Shown here: positions 9,198 to 20,911 of the stretch, piece after piece
Layout: every line of letters starts with the position of its first letter
Numbering within the stretch: the stretch's first letter is position 1
Assembly (NCBI GenBank): GCA_963727445.1
Contig: CAVSGI010000021.1
Span: 480,001-544,000, forward strand
Origin: an uncultured delta proteobacterium
GTDB lineage: Bacteria > Myxococcota_A > Polyangia > Polyangiales > B10-G4
Direction: 5' to 3'
Length of the DNA stretch: 64,000 bases
Notes under the pieces: model-generated
Seen by the model: only the letters and a program-made list of their open reading frames with translations
The model's database searches: none
Told to the model about the DNA's origin: nothing
Made by a program: the position numbers and the translations under genes

Positions 9198-9959
9198 ATG
9201 AAACGAATCATCCTTCCCTCCCTCTTGTTCGGCCTCGCCACCGCCGCGGGTTGCGCCAGCGGTGGCGACGTTCCCGCGACCGCCGCGGGCGACGAAGCCA
9301 GCCTCACCGCAACGGCGAGCGGGGAGAACCCACGCGTGGAGCGTCGGCTCGCTCACATGCAACAGTCCCTCGAGCTCACGGACGAGCAGGTCGCGCTGCT
9401 CAGGCCCGTGCTCGAAAATCGACACACGCGACAGGAAGAGCTCCGGCAGAGCTTCCATCAAGAGCTCGAGGGCATCCTGACCCCCGAGCAGCTCGCACGT
9501 CTCGACGAGCGTCGCGAGCGTCACGGCCGCTTCGGTCGCTCGGGGCGAGGCGGTCCTGGCGGGCCCGACGGTCGCGGTGGTCCCGGCCGCTTCGGCCATC
9601 ACGGCCCACCGGACCCCGAGCAGATGCTCACCCGAATGGCCGAGGACCTCGACCTCACCGACAATCAGGTGACCGCGCTCAGACCGATCTTCGAGGCAGC
9701 GCACGCGCGCCACGAGGAGCTCCAAGAGCTCCCGCGAGAGGAGCGCCGTGACGCGTTCCGAGCCATTCGCGAGGAGACGAAGGCCGCCGTCGACGAGATC
9801 CTCACCGAGGAGCAGCGGGCGAAGCTCGAAGAGCGCTTCGCGCGTCGCGGGCCCCGCGGCATGCATCGCGGGATGCGCGGTCGCCATCACTTCCGCGGCG
9901 ACTTCGGTGGCCCCGAGGGTGAGGCACCTCCGTCTCCGGCCCCCGACGCGGCCGAATAG
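9198..9959 (+). CDS. Spy/CpxP-like lipoprotein with duplicated LTxxQ domains
   Basis: Lipobox AAG-C; LTDEQ, LTPEQ, LTDNQ, LTEEQ motifs. Confidence 0.75.
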   Translation: MKRIILPSLLFGLATAAGCASGGDVPATAAGDEASLTATASGENPRVERRLAHMQQSLELTDEQVALLRPVLENRHTRQEELRQSFHQELEGILTPEQLARLDERRERHGRFGRSGRGGPGGPDGRGGPGRFGHHGPPDPEQMLTRMAEDLDLTDNQVTALRPIFEAAHARHEELQELPREERRDAFRAIREETKAAVDEILTEEQRAKLEERFARRGPRGMHRGMRGRHHFRGDFGGPEGEAPPSPAPDAAE

Positions 9960-9968
9960 CCGACGCTT

Positions 9969-11564
9969 TCATTCGCCGCGGATCGCCCTCGCCTCGACGA
10001 AGAGTCGGGTGATACCGAGGACGGCCCGCGGCGCTGCCGACGCGGCGAGGACGTACCCCTCACAGCTGCCGGTGATGTCCTGCTGAAGCTCGCTCAGGAA
10101 GGTCTGGTCACCGGCAGCGACGCCAATCCATTCGCTCAGCGCCGAGCGTCTGCCGGTGATCAAGAGGTCGCCCCGGCTGCCGTCGGTGAGGCGAAAAACG
10201 CAAGCGTCGGCGCGGGCGAGGTTGTCCATGTAGGTGTGACGAAACCGGCTGGCCGAGCCCGGACCCATGATGCGGCGGGTGTCGTCGACGTCCCACTCGC
10301 GAAAGTCGCCCTGCCACGCCTCCACCATCAACCCCACGTCCCATGCCCCGTGCGAGGCGTCCTCGATGTAGGGATAGGTCCGCGTGTGATCGGCCCAGGC
10401 GTGCCAGACGTAGGGACGGCTGTCGGCCCATGCGCCAGAGGAAGCCATCATGTCGGCCTTCATCCAGCGCGTGAAACGCATCGCGCGAATCCGCCGGAAG
10501 GTGGTCCCCATCCCGCGGTGATCGTTGGCGACGTCGTTCCAGACCGCGACCGCGCGCCAGGTCCAGCTCTGCTTGTTCCACTTCACCAGGCGCTGGCCAT
10601 CCGAGCGGATGCAGCTCGCGCGGTCCTCGGTGTCGCAGAACCAATGCGTACGGCCCGATGGCTCGTTCGCGGTGAAGAAGTGGTTCGGCTGCGCTTCGTC
10701 CATCCAGTGATCGATCACCTCGCCCACCAGGTCGTGATAGGCGGCTGCTTTCGCGAGGAACGTCGCGCGGCCGCTCGCCGGTGGGTCTTCGTAGATGGCG
10801 CGGCTCAGGGTTGCGAGGCCGTAGAGCACCTGCCCCGTGGTGTACTGACCGACGGCCGGTGTCTCCGCGGAGTCCACCCAACCACGGCAGGCGTGGCTTC
10901 GGCCGGCGGTGGAGCGCGCGGCGCGCACCGCCGCGGATCTCGAGACCTCGAGAGCGACGAAGGCGTCGGCCTGCGCGACCGCCTGATCGAGGATGCGCCG
11001 CCGCGCGCCGGCGGCCATCGGTACTCCCGGGGTGTGCCGATAGAGCTCGGCGCGAGCGATGAGCGCCGGCACCGCGTGGACCACACCGTCGAGCTCCGCG
11101 CTGGTCGGCGCGTAGTAGCGGCGCTCGCCGCCGGCGTTGCGGTCCAGTTGGGCGATCGCCTCGTCCAAGAGTCCCCGGTAGTTCGCGCAGCCGGCGAAGC
11201 CCCCATGGTCCGTGGCCAGGCCCTCGTCGGTGGCCCCATCACAGTCGTCGTCACGGCCGTTGCAGCTCTCGGCGACCGGCGTGCAGGTGGGCGGCGGCTC
11301 CTCGGGCGGCGGCTCCTCGGGCGGCGGCTCCTCGGGCGGCGGCTCCTCGGGTGGAGGCTCCTCGGGTGGAGGATCGCCCGACGGCGGCAGCCGCATTTCG
11401 GGCGGGTCGTCGCCGCCCGGGTCGGGCGGCGGCATGGTCGCGGCGGCGTCCCCTTCGAGCGCCTCCGCGTCGTCGCTCATCCCCGCATCGCCCACTTCCA
11501 TCCCCGTGACGCACCCATCGGTGAAGACGAGGAGGAGCACCAGCGCGGACCCGAAGCGCAGCAT
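9969..11564 (-). CDS. Lipoprotein with (EEPPP)5 linker, a 'CNGRDDDCDG' MopE-like metal-binding repeat and a large unknown C-terminal domain
   Basis: Lipobox-like TDG-C, Pro-rich repeat and 'ESCNGRDDDCDGATDE' in the ORF translation. Confidence 0.75.
   Translation of the reverse strand: MLRFGSALVLLLVFTDGCVTGMEVGDAGMSDDAEALEGDAAATMPPPDPGGDDPPEMRLPPSGDPPPEEPPPEEPPPEEPPPEEPPPEEPPPTCTPVAESCNGRDDDCDGATDEGLATDHGGFAGCANYRGLLDEAIAQLDRNAGGERRYYAPTSAELDGVVHAVPALIARAELYRHTPGVPMAAGARRRILDQAVAQADAFVALEVSRSAAVRAARSTAGRSHACRGWVDSAETPAVGQYTTGQVLYGLATLSRAIYEDPPASGRATFLAKAAAYHDLVGEVIDHWMDEAQPNHFFTANEPSGRTHWFCDTEDRASCIRSDGQRLVKWNKQSWTWRAVAVWNDVANDHRGMGTTFRRIRAMRFTRWMKADMMASSGAWADSRPYVWHAWADHTRTYPYIEDASHGAWDVGLMVEAWQGDFREWDVDDTRRIMGPGSASRFRHTYMDNLARADACVFRLTDGSRGDLLITGRRSALSEWIGVAAGDQTFLSELQQDITGSCEGYVLAASAAPRAVLGITRLFVEARAIRGE
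11290..11370. repeat. 15-bp tandem repeat (about 5 copies) encoding EEPPP
   Basis: 'ggcggcggctcctcg' units repeated in 11290-11370. Confidence 0.85.
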
Positions 11565-11576
11565 GCCCTGGTTTCG

Positions 11577-11592
11577 AGCAGCTTCCGTGCCG
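11577..11592 (-). promoter_or_regulatory. Putative sigma54 -24/-12 promoter
   Basis: Minus strand CGGCACGGAAGCTGCT (GG-N10-GC), 13 nt before ATG 11564. Confidence 0.6.
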
Positions 11593-11655
11593 GCGTCGGA
11601 GGCGCGAAAAAGAGCGCCGTTGCGGACTCGGGGCAGCGCTCGCCCCGACGTCGGG

Positions 11656-12360
11656 TCACATGTTCCGAAGCTCTTCCATGCGGCGCTCGATGCGGCGCCG
11701 CTCGGGAGAGCGGGGTCTCAGGCGCAGGAACTTCCGGTAGTGAAGGCGCGCGTCCCCCCAGAGCTCGAGACGCTCCGCGGTTCGGGCCAGGTTGTAGCTG
11801 AGGTCCGCGTCGGCGCACTCGCCGTATTCGCTCTCTTGCGCCACCGACAGGACGTTGCAGGCGTTCTGGAAGAGCTCGTACGCCGTGCGATACTCGCCGC
11901 GCCCGTAGAAGGCGACGCCCTGCTGGTAGAGGCGGCGTGATTCGGCTGTGAGCTCGGCGGCGTTCGCACCGGTCGTTTGATTCTGGGCCTGCTGCCGCTC
12001 CGCGAGCGCTCGCAGCTCGGCGATGCGATGATTGACGTCCGCGCGCGTCGACTCGTCCGGACGGCCGTGGCGCAGATAGACGCGAAACCAGTGGATGCCC
12101 CGGCGCGCGTCCCCCATGCGCTCGAAGCAGCGCGCGATGTTGAAGGCGATCTCCGGGCTCCGCCACGCGCGCTGAGCGGCGAGCAGCTTGTGCACCGCGA
12201 CGTCGAGCTCGTTGCGCTCGTAGGCGGCGACGCCTTCGGTGAAGAGCTCCCGGGCCTGGGCGATCCGGTGCTGGCGATCCCGCTGCGCACGAGCCGCGGG
12301 CAGGGGCGTGAGCAGGGCGATGGCGAAGGCCATCAAGAGCGTCGAAAGCAGTGCGCGCAT
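11656..12360 (-). CDS. Exported TPR protein
   Basis: Signal peptide; two TPR blocks ('IAFNIARCFERMG', 'LSYNLARTAERL'). Confidence 0.8.
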   Translation of the reverse strand: MRALLSTLLMAFAIALLTPLPAARAQRDRQHRIAQARELFTEGVAAYERNELDVAVHKLLAAQRAWRSPEIAFNIARCFERMGDARRGIHWFRVYLRHGRPDESTRADVNHRIAELRALAERQQAQNQTTGANAAELTAESRRLYQQGVAFYGRGEYRTAYELFQNACNVLSVAQESEYGECADADLSYNLARTAERLELWGDARLHYRKFLRLRPRSPERRRIERRMEELRNM

Positions 12361-12415
12361 CTGCCTTCAGACTCGCACAGGGGCCCTCGGATTCAGAAGG
12401 CGCATTCGAGCGCCC

Positions 12416-12700
12416 TCATTTCTGCTCGTCTTTTCGCTCGATTTCGGCCCGGGCCGCGTCGAGCTCGCGCTCCATCTTGCGCAGGGTGCGCTCGAGCTCG
12501 CGGACCTCCTTCTTGGTGACCAGGTTCAAGCTCTTGGCGACCCGCGCCACGCGCTCCTCGAAGCTCTCCTGGACCTTTCCCCGAAGCGAGATGGCCTGCA
12601 TCAGCGCCTTCATGACCCGGGGGTCCTGCATGAGCTTCATGACTCGGGGGTCCTGCATCAGCTTCATCCCGCGAGAAAGGAGGAGATTTTTCAGTTCCAT
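12416..12700 (-). CDS. Small coiled-coil protein, phasin/PHA-granule-associated-like
   Basis: ATG 12700; 'VAKSLNLVTKKEVRELERTLRKME' resembles phasin C-termini; tandem KLMQDPRVM x2. Confidence 0.55.
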   Translation of the reverse strand: MELKNLLLSRGMKLMQDPRVMKLMQDPRVMKALMQAISLRGKVQESFEERVARVAKSLNLVTKKEVRELERTLRKMERELDAARAEIERKDEQK

Positions 12701-12790
12701 CGGCCTTCGGACTACCTTGACACACCGCGGCGAGAGGTCTAAATCAGCGGGCACTGAATCGTCATTCAGCACCTCAGGAGACCTGATCCG

Positions 12791-13114
12791 ATGCCCGACG
12801 CCAAGACCGATTTCGGTACGAACATCCCGAAGAAGATTTCTGACAACCCGGACACCTCGAAGGCGATCGGCGCCATCTTCTGCTTCAAGATCACCGGCGA
12901 CGACGGCGGTGTGTGGACGGTCGACTGCAAGAACGACGTCGGCGTGCGCGAGGGTGACGAGGGCAACGCCGATTGCACTCTCGAGATCGCGTCGTCGGAT
13001 TGGGAGCAGATCAGCGGCAACCCCACCGCGGCGATGCAGCTCTACTTCCAGGGCAAGCTGAAGGTGTCGGGCAACGCCATGCTCGCCACCAAGCTCCAGC
13101 AGATCCTGGCCTGA
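12791..13114 (+). CDS. SCP2 sterol/lipid-binding domain protein
   Basis: 'ADCTLEI...AMQLYFQGKLKVSGNAMLATKL' SCP2 signature; AGGAG RBS. Confidence 0.9.
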   Translation: MPDAKTDFGTNIPKKISDNPDTSKAIGAIFCFKITGDDGGVWTVDCKNDVGVREGDEGNADCTLEIASSDWEQISGNPTAAMQLYFQGKLKVSGNAMLATKLQQILA

Positions 13115-13121
13115 CGCGGGT

Positions 13122-14300
13122 GTGACGACCCCGTCCTCCGATCCCACGCCAGAACAGCCACTGCGAGGCCTGCGCGTCCTCGATCTCTGTCGGCTCCTGC
13201 CGGGCCCCTTCGCCACCATGGTCCTCGCCGACCTCGGGGCGCAGGTGGACAAGGTCGAGGACCTGCGCGGGGGCGACTACATGCGCGCCATGCCGCCGCA
13301 CGTCGACGGCATGAACGCGACCTTCGTCGCGCTCAACCGCGGCAAACGCAGCCTCGCCCTCGATCTCAAGACTGGGGAAGGACGCGACGCCTTCCTCCGG
13401 CTCGTCGCGCATTACGACGTGGTGATCGAGAGCTTCCGCCCCGGCGTGATGGCGCGGCTGGGCCTCGGATACGAGACGCTCCGCGAGAAGAATCCCCGCC
13501 TCGTCTACTGCGCCATCACCGGCTATGGGCAGGACGGCCCACTCGAGGCGCGCGCGGGCCACGACATCAACTATCTCGCGCGCGCCGGGGTGTTGGGGCT
13601 CACCGGGCCCGAAGGCGGGCCGCCGCAGGTTCATGGCGTCCAGATCGCCGACGTGGGCGGCGGCGCGCTCTACGCGGTGATCGGCGTCCTCTCCGCTCTG
13701 ATGGCGCGAAAGAGCACGGGCGAAGGGCGCTTCGTCGACGTCTCCATGTGTGAGGGCTCCATGGCGATGGCCATCTACGGCCTGACCTCTCACTTCGGTG
13801 GCCTCGCGCTGCCTGCCGGTGCGGGCATTCTGATGGGCGGGATCGCGCCCTACGGCACCTATCGGACGAAGGACGGCGGCGCCGTGTCCCTCGGGGCGCT
13901 CGAGCCGAAGTTCTGGAAGGCCTTCTGCACGGAGGCGGGTCTCGAGCCGGGGATGGACGCCCTGGTTCCGGGACCCCACCAAACGGAGTGGAAGCGGAAG
14001 GTCGCCGAGGCCGTCGCGCAGAAGACGCGGGACGAGTGGGCAGAGATCTCGGCGCGCGCCGACTGCTGCCTCGAGCCCGTGCTGCTCCCCGACGAGCTCT
14101 TGGAGGATCCTCAGCACCAAGCGCGGGAGGTCTTCGTGTCTGCAGGAAAGCTCTCGGTCCCCAAGACGCCCATCGCAGCGGAGCCGGCGCGTGGGCCAGC
14201 GCCCGCCCACGGCGGTCAATCGGATGAGATCCTTGCCGAAACTGGCTTCACCCAGGAGGAGATTGCCAGGCTCCACTCCCAGGGCATCCTCTCCAATTAG
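13122..14300 (+). CDS. CaiB/BaiF family III CoA-transferase / alpha-methylacyl-CoA racemase-like
   Basis: 'LRGLRVLDL...PGPFATMVLADLGA', 'NRGKRS', 'FRPGVMARLGLGY', 'GHDINY'. Confidence 0.9.
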   Translation: MTTPSSDPTPEQPLRGLRVLDLCRLLPGPFATMVLADLGAQVDKVEDLRGGDYMRAMPPHVDGMNATFVALNRGKRSLALDLKTGEGRDAFLRLVAHYDVVIESFRPGVMARLGLGYETLREKNPRLVYCAITGYGQDGPLEARAGHDINYLARAGVLGLTGPEGGPPQVHGVQIADVGGGALYAVIGVLSALMARKSTGEGRFVDVSMCEGSMAMAIYGLTSHFGGLALPAGAGILMGGIAPYGTYRTKDGGAVSLGALEPKFWKAFCTEAGLEPGMDALVPGPHQTEWKRKVAEAVAQKTRDEWAEISARADCCLEPVLLPDELLEDPQHQAREVFVSAGKLSVPKTPIAAEPARGPAPAHGGQSDEILAETGFTQEEIARLHSQGILSN

Positions 14301-14374
14301 TTCCTGTATACATAGAACATTGCGGTATTTAGGTAGTCCCGCCATAGTGGAGTGGCTTGCGGACGGAGACCCAC

Positions 14375-15913
14375 GTGATCGGTGAGACCGTAGCCAACGC
14401 CGTCATCCAGGAGCAGCTGGGGGAGGGGAGCCGAGGTGTCTGGTGGCGGGCCGAAAAGGACGGCGAGGCCGTCGCGGTCCACGTTCTGAGCGACTCCGCA
14501 TCGCCCGCCGAGCGCGACGCGTTCATCAAGGATGCGAAGCGGCTCCGGCATCTGGGGGTGTCGGAGCCCGAGGGGATCCTGGTGCCCCTCGACGTGGACA
14601 GCGAGCGGGGGGCCTTCGCCACCAAGCTCTGCACCGAGGGGACGGTGGAGAACGTCCCGTCGCTCCGACTCCCGCTCAACCGCCGCATTCTGCTGATCGC
14701 CACCATCGCCGAAGCGCTCGAGAAGCTGCACGACCGCGGCATCGCGCATGGTGCCATCGCGCCCGCCACGATCCTCCTCGACGACCGCTACCGCCCGTGG
14801 TTCGCCGGCGTCGAGGGCGACAACCTCCTGTTGGGTACGCGCGGCGATGACATCGAGGCCGTCCACGCCGAGCGATATGCAGCGCCGGAGGCGCGCACCG
14901 CTGGCGGCAAGATCGATCGCCGCTCCGACATCTACAGCCTGGGCCGCATCCTCCATTACTTCCTCACCAGCCGGCATCCGAAGGAGCCGGACGAAGAGCT
15001 GCCACGCCTCGAAGCCTTGTCGATGAGCCCCGCAGGGCTGTCGCGCATCGTGCGCAAGTGCACCTGCGCCAAACCGGGGGATCGCTACCAGGAGATCAAC
15101 GACTTCCTCGCGGACCTCACGAAGTTCGGCCTTCACGAGGAGGTCGGTCTCGCGCACCCCGAGGTCGAGGAGCGCAACGTCACAGGCATCAGCGCGAGTG
15201 TTCTTCCAAAGCGTTTCGATCTCAAAGAGCGCCGGCTCGCACGCCAGCGCGCCGAGAAAGAGGCTGCGCTCCTGTCGATCGCGCCGACCGACGTCCCCGA
15301 CACTCCACGAAAGGCGTTGGTGGGCGTGGGCGTGGCGGGCTCGTTGGCGCTCCTCGTGGTGGCGTTCGTGGTGCCCAGCGCAGCCACGACGGGTCTCCTC
15401 GTGGGCACGATGATCTTCGCGGGGCTGATCAGCCTGGCTTTGCCGGCTGGCAAGCGACGCACACTCTTGAACCGCGTCGTCTTCGCAGGAGCCGCGGCGT
15501 GCTTGGTCTGGGTGATCGATCCCGCCGAGCTCGTCGCCCACGTCGGCGCGCGCGGTCAGCTATCCGACGCCTCCTCGGGCGCCCGATCGATGGCGGCCCG
15601 CCTCCTCGTCCAGCACGGGGATCGCCAGCTCGCTGGCGTCGATCTCTCCCACGCCAATCTCTCTGGTCTCGACCTCTCGAGCGCCGATCTCTCGGGCGCG
15701 AACCTCGACGGCGCCGACCTCTCGAACAGCGACCTCAACAGCGCCAACCTCAGCTCGGCCAACCTGCAAGCAGCGAAATTCGACGACGCCAACCTGACCC
15801 AGGTCGACTTGAGCGGCGCCGAGGGCCTCACCACCGCCTACTGCAACCCGGGCACCTATCTGCCGCCGGAGCTCGATTGCGCAGGCAACCAGCTCGTCCT
15901 CGTGGAGCAATGA
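14375..15913 (+). CDS. Membrane pseudokinase with C-terminal pentapeptide repeats
   Basis: Kinase-like fold with VAVH (no Lys), HGA (no HRD), no DFG, but APE and 'SDIYSLG' kept; TM segments; 'ANLSG/ADLSG' repeats. Confidence 0.75.
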   Translation: MIGETVANAVIQEQLGEGSRGVWWRAEKDGEAVAVHVLSDSASPAERDAFIKDAKRLRHLGVSEPEGILVPLDVDSERGAFATKLCTEGTVENVPSLRLPLNRRILLIATIAEALEKLHDRGIAHGAIAPATILLDDRYRPWFAGVEGDNLLLGTRGDDIEAVHAERYAAPEARTAGGKIDRRSDIYSLGRILHYFLTSRHPKEPDEELPRLEALSMSPAGLSRIVRKCTCAKPGDRYQEINDFLADLTKFGLHEEVGLAHPEVEERNVTGISASVLPKRFDLKERRLARQRAEKEAALLSIAPTDVPDTPRKALVGVGVAGSLALLVVAFVVPSAATTGLLVGTMIFAGLISLALPAGKRRTLLNRVVFAGAAACLVWVIDPAELVAHVGARGQLSDASSGARSMAARLLVQHGDRQLAGVDLSHANLSGLDLSSADLSGANLDGADLSNSDLNSANLSSANLQAAKFDDANLTQVDLSGAEGLTTAYCNPGTYLPPELDCAGNQLVLVEQ

Positions 15914-16530
15914 TGAAGAAGAAACGAAGTTGGGGGTTCTCTCTCATCGAGATGATGGTGGTGGTTGCGCTCATCGGCATCCTCGCCTCCGTCGCCGTCC
16001 CCGCGTATCGCAACTACGTGGCTCGGGCGAAGTCCGCCGAGGTCCCGACCATGCTCTCGGCGATGTACCAGGGCGCTTCGACCTATACGGCGCACGAGTT
16101 CTTCTACGAAGGCTCGGCCTCCGACACGGGTTCCTCGATGGCCTCGTCGATGGCGACCAGCACCGCGTGGGGTTTCAGCATGACCGTCCGCTGCCTGCTC
16201 CCCTCGTCGAACCGCATCCCCTCGAACCCCGGACCGGTCCAGCAGTTCGGCGACTTCGAATCGGACGAGGTCTTTCAGTCCATCGGCTTCACCTCCCCGG
16301 AGCCCGTCTACTACGGGTATCAGGTGCTCTCGATGGGCATGGCCGGCACGGGCGGCATGCTCAGCCCATCGCTCTGCATGCTCAGCTCCGGCTCCGTGTA
16401 CACCTTCTCCGCGGTGGGTGATCTCGACGGGGACGGCGTTCGCAGCACCTTCGAAGTGGCTGCGGGCCTCGACGACTCATTGGAGATGTACCGCCAGCCC
16501 GGGATTTACGCGGAGCTCGAGCTCGAGTAG
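15910..16530 (+). CDS. Type IV pilin-like protein
   Basis: Class III signal '[29 protein letters not shown]'; C-terminal 'GDLDGDG'. Confidence 0.9.
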   Translation: MMKKKRSWGFSLIEMMVVVALIGILASVAVPAYRNYVARAKSAEVPTMLSAMYQGASTYTAHEFFYEGSASDTGSSMASSMATSTAWGFSMTVRCLLPSSNRIPSNPGPVQQFGDFESDEVFQSIGFTSPEPVYYGYQVLSMGMAGTGGMLSPSLCMLSSGSVYTFSAVGDLDGDGVRSTFEVAAGLDDSLEMYRQPGIYAELELE

Positions 16531-16533
16531 ATC

Positions 16534-17508
16534 TCAATCGTCGTCGGCGGCGCCTTCGAGGGCGCCGAGGCCGACGCGCAACGCGGCCATCAGAATCGCA
16601 GCCTCCGGGTGCCCCGGCACGCGGTCCCGATCGAAGAGCTTGCGCGGGAGACGGTCTTCCAGCTTACGCGCTTTGGCGACGAGCGCAGACGACACCTCGA
16701 GGGTGAAGGGCTCGTCGCTGATTGCGGCTGCGCGCCGTTGGGAGGGGAGCACGCTCGCGCGCGCCTTCTTGGGCGCTTCGAGGTCCACCTTGGTGGCGTC
16801 GTTCGTGTCGCTCCCCTTGCTCGACGACGCGGCCACCGACTTCCCCGGTGGTTTGGATACGCGCTTGCCCGGCGGCGTGGACGTACGCTTGCTCGGCGGC
16901 GTGGAGGAGCGTTTGGCGGGAGGCGACGACTGTCGGCCGAGGGGCGACTTCAGGAGCGCGCCCTTGGGGGCCGACTTCGGAGCTGACGATCCGGAGGCGG
17001 CGACCTTCGACGGGGGTGAGGAGGGCTTCGGCGTGGCGACCGGCGACTTCGGGGCAGCGGCTGCGGGCGACTTCACGGGGGGAGGCGGCGGAACGCTGCG
17101 CTCGGGGGTCGGCGAGGACTCGGTCACCTCGTCGCGCGCGGCGACCTCCTCCATCGCAGCGACGTCCTCGAGCTTGATCGTGCCGGTGTCGTCTCCCTGT
17201 GCGGCCGCGTCCTTCGCGATCAGCATCCGCTCGTACATGATCTCGTTTCGCTCGTCGAAGGACAGGTCGGAGAGATGGAGATCGTAGCGGTCGGTGGGAT
17301 TGCCCCGAGGGATCGCTCCCGCGCACCGACCGACGCCTTCGATCACGTGGGTACCGTCCTCGAGCTGGATGGAGAAACGAACCCACTCACCCTCGGCGAT
17401 CGACTCGGGCACCGAGAGACAAAGCGTCTCGTCGCCCATGGTCTTGGCCAGCTCTTCGACCACCTCCGATACCTCGGTGCCCGTCTTGATCCGCAGCGCC
17501 TCGCTCAT
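16534..17508 (-). CDS. Hypothetical protein (globular N-terminus, long Pro/Ser/Lys low-complexity linker)
   Basis: ORF with typical codon usage; TACCTT box 6 nt before the ATG. Confidence 0.65.
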   Translation of the reverse strand: MSEALRIKTGTEVSEVVEELAKTMGDETLCLSVPESIAEGEWVRFSIQLEDGTHVIEGVGRCAGAIPRGNPTDRYDLHLSDLSFDERNEIMYERMLIAKDAAAQGDDTGTIKLEDVAAMEEVAARDEVTESSPTPERSVPPPPPVKSPAAAAPKSPVATPKPSSPPSKVAASGSSAPKSAPKGALLKSPLGRQSSPPAKRSSTPPSKRTSTPPGKRVSKPPGKSVAASSSKGSDTNDATKVDLEAPKKARASVLPSQRRAAAISDEPFTLEVSSALVAKARKLEDRLPRKLFDRDRVPGHPEAAILMAALRVGLGALEGAADDD

Positions 17509-17664
17509 GGGCCGAAGGTACCGTCGCGCCTCCCTGAACGGCTAGGCAGATCGAGCCGGCGAGGGAGCGCCAGCGGCGCCTTCAGTTGCCGCTTGGAGCG
17601 CTCCATGCGGGAACGATCTCTGTTCCAGCGGCCTCTGGCGCGCGAGATCAGCGGGAAATTACAC

Positions 17665-17680
17665 CGGCACGGCCATTGCC
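17665..17680 (+). promoter_or_regulatory. Putative sigma54 -24/-12 promoter
   Basis: CGGCACGGCCATTGCC (GG-N10-GC), followed by GGAGGT RBS and ATG 17707. Confidence 0.7.
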
Positions 17681-17706
17681 TTTAGTCCCCACCGGAGGTG
17701 GTTCCC

Positions 17707-18375
17707 ATGAAGCAAGCCCATTTCGCCATTGTCGCCGCGGCGCTCTTGCCCGCGTGCGTCGGATACTACGGAGATGGCACTGGGGGAGGCGATGGCACGA
17801 CCAGCGCGCTCGCGATGGAGTGTCTCGACGACTCGGACTACTGCATGTTCGACGATCTCGGTGACGACGAGAAGGAGGACATCCAGGAGGGGGGCTGCTG
17901 GATCACCGGCGGTGGCCACATCGGCGACGCGAACGCCTTCGGCGGCGCCGGCGCCAACGACCAGGACAGCTTCGGCTTCAATGCCATGGGCATGAAGGCG
18001 GGCTACGTTCGCGGCGAGATCGAGAACGTCACGCACCTCGGTGACGACTTCCACGGCGAGGCCACCTGGCTGCGCTGCTGGAAGGACGACGGCCTCGGCC
18101 CGGAGGTCCCGCACGCGGTCCCGAACAACGCCCAGTGGGGTGGAACCGGCGTCTGGAATCACGAGGAGGGGTACACCTGGGAGGCCCACCTCGCGGATCG
18201 CGCCGAAGGTGGCTCGGGCATCGACGAGTACGAGATCTGGATCTACGACGCCGCCGGCGAGGTGGTGTACTCGCAGACCGCCGCTGACGACCTGGTCATC
18301 ACGGGCGGCAACTTCCAGATCCATCCGCCGAACACCGGACACCCCTACCTCGCGGACGCGACGACCGCTCCCTAG
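17707..18375 (+). CDS. Acidic lipoprotein, post-COAP-1-like beta domain
   Basis: Lipobox LPA-C; 'CWITGGGHI...SFGFNA...ITGGNFQIH' pattern. Confidence 0.7.
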   Translation: MKQAHFAIVAAALLPACVGYYGDGTGGGDGTTSALAMECLDDSDYCMFDDLGDDEKEDIQEGGCWITGGGHIGDANAFGGAGANDQDSFGFNAMGMKAGYVRGEIENVTHLGDDFHGEATWLRCWKDDGLGPEVPHAVPNNAQWGGTGVWNHEEGYTWEAHLADRAEGGSGIDEYEIWIYDAAGEVVYSQTAADDLVITGGNFQIHPPNTGHPYLADATTAP

Positions 18376-18397
18376 CTTCTCGAACGAACCATCTCCG

Positions 18398-18439
18398 CGA
18401 GCCCCGAGGTGCCGGCCGGCGCCTCGGGGTTCGTCTTTG
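18398..18439. terminator. Hairpin terminator between convergent genes
   Basis: gagccccgaggtgccgg / ccggcgcctcggggttc stem followed by gtcttt. Confidence 0.6.
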
Positions 18440-18444
18440 GTGCG

Positions 18445-20151
<1,707 letters not shown>

Positions 20152-20155
20152 CTAA

Positions 20156-20911
20156 CTAGAAGGTGACCATCGGGAGTGTGGGTCGTGTCTGATCGCTGCC
20201 CGAGGTGGCGACCACGACGATGACGACGGTCAACACGGCGACGGCCGCGACGCCCGCGCCGATTCCGATCCACAACCAGGGCGAGCTGCCGTTTGACCCG
20301 TCCCAGGTCCGCGGGCTCGCCTCACTGCCATCGGTTGCGAGGATCACGCCCCCGGGCCCGATGGCCTGACCGTAGAACTCGATCTCCTGGTCACCGGCGA
20401 GCTCGAGGGAATCGCCAGTGGTCGTCTGCCAACGCCCATCACCCACGCGGCTCATGATCCGCACTTCCCGGGTCAGTTGCTCCGGATCGCGGGCCACCTC
20501 GGCGCTGAGGGAGACGCCGGCGGCGCTGGGGGAGGCGCGGACCGTCACGCCTATCTGACCACCGAGCTCCTCCCGGATTTGGCTGGCGCGCCTCAGAATC
20601 TCTGGCGGCATGGCATCGGAGAAGTCGTGACCCGGGGAGATCGTGAGGAGGCGGCGGAGATCCGTGTCCACGGCTTCGTCCTCGCCGATCCCGAGGTGCA
20701 CCAGGATCCGGAGCTCGTAGACCGAGACCAGGTCGCTGCGGGTGAGGTCCTGGGAGGCCTCGGCCCGCGTGAGGGCGTCGAGAGCGCCTTCGAAGTCCGC
20801 TTCCTCGTACTTGCCCTGGGCTTCGTCGAGAAGCGGATGGGCCAGCGCCACGCCGGGGAGGAGGGCGACGCAGGCCGCGAGGAGCGCGGCTGTGATCCGC
20901 GGTCCCCTCAT
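20156..20911 (-). CDS. Exported TPR-like protein with C-terminal membrane anchor
   Basis: ATG 20911, signal peptide, 'YEEADFEGALDAL', 'SPWLWIGIGAGV' anchor. Confidence 0.75.
   Translation of the reverse strand: MRGPRITAALLAACVALLPGVALAHPLLDEAQGKYEEADFEGALDALTRAEASQDLTRSDLVSVYELRILVHLGIGEDEAVDTDLRRLLTISPGHDFSDAMPPEILRRASQIREELGGQIGVTVRASPSAAGVSLSAEVARDPEQLTREVRIMSRVGDGRWQTTTGDSLELAGDQEIEFYGQAIGPGGVILATDGSEASPRTWDGSNGSSPWLWIGIGAGVAAVAVLTVVIVVVATSGSDQTRPTLPMVTF

Noticed and set aside
14304..14320. LexA/SOS-box-like 'ctgtatacatagaaca'
   Set aside because: It does not fit CTGT-N8-ACAG spacing or the Myxococcus LexA consensus.
15640..15815. Low-complexity 15-bp periodicity
   Set aside because: Fully explained by pentapeptide-repeat coding.
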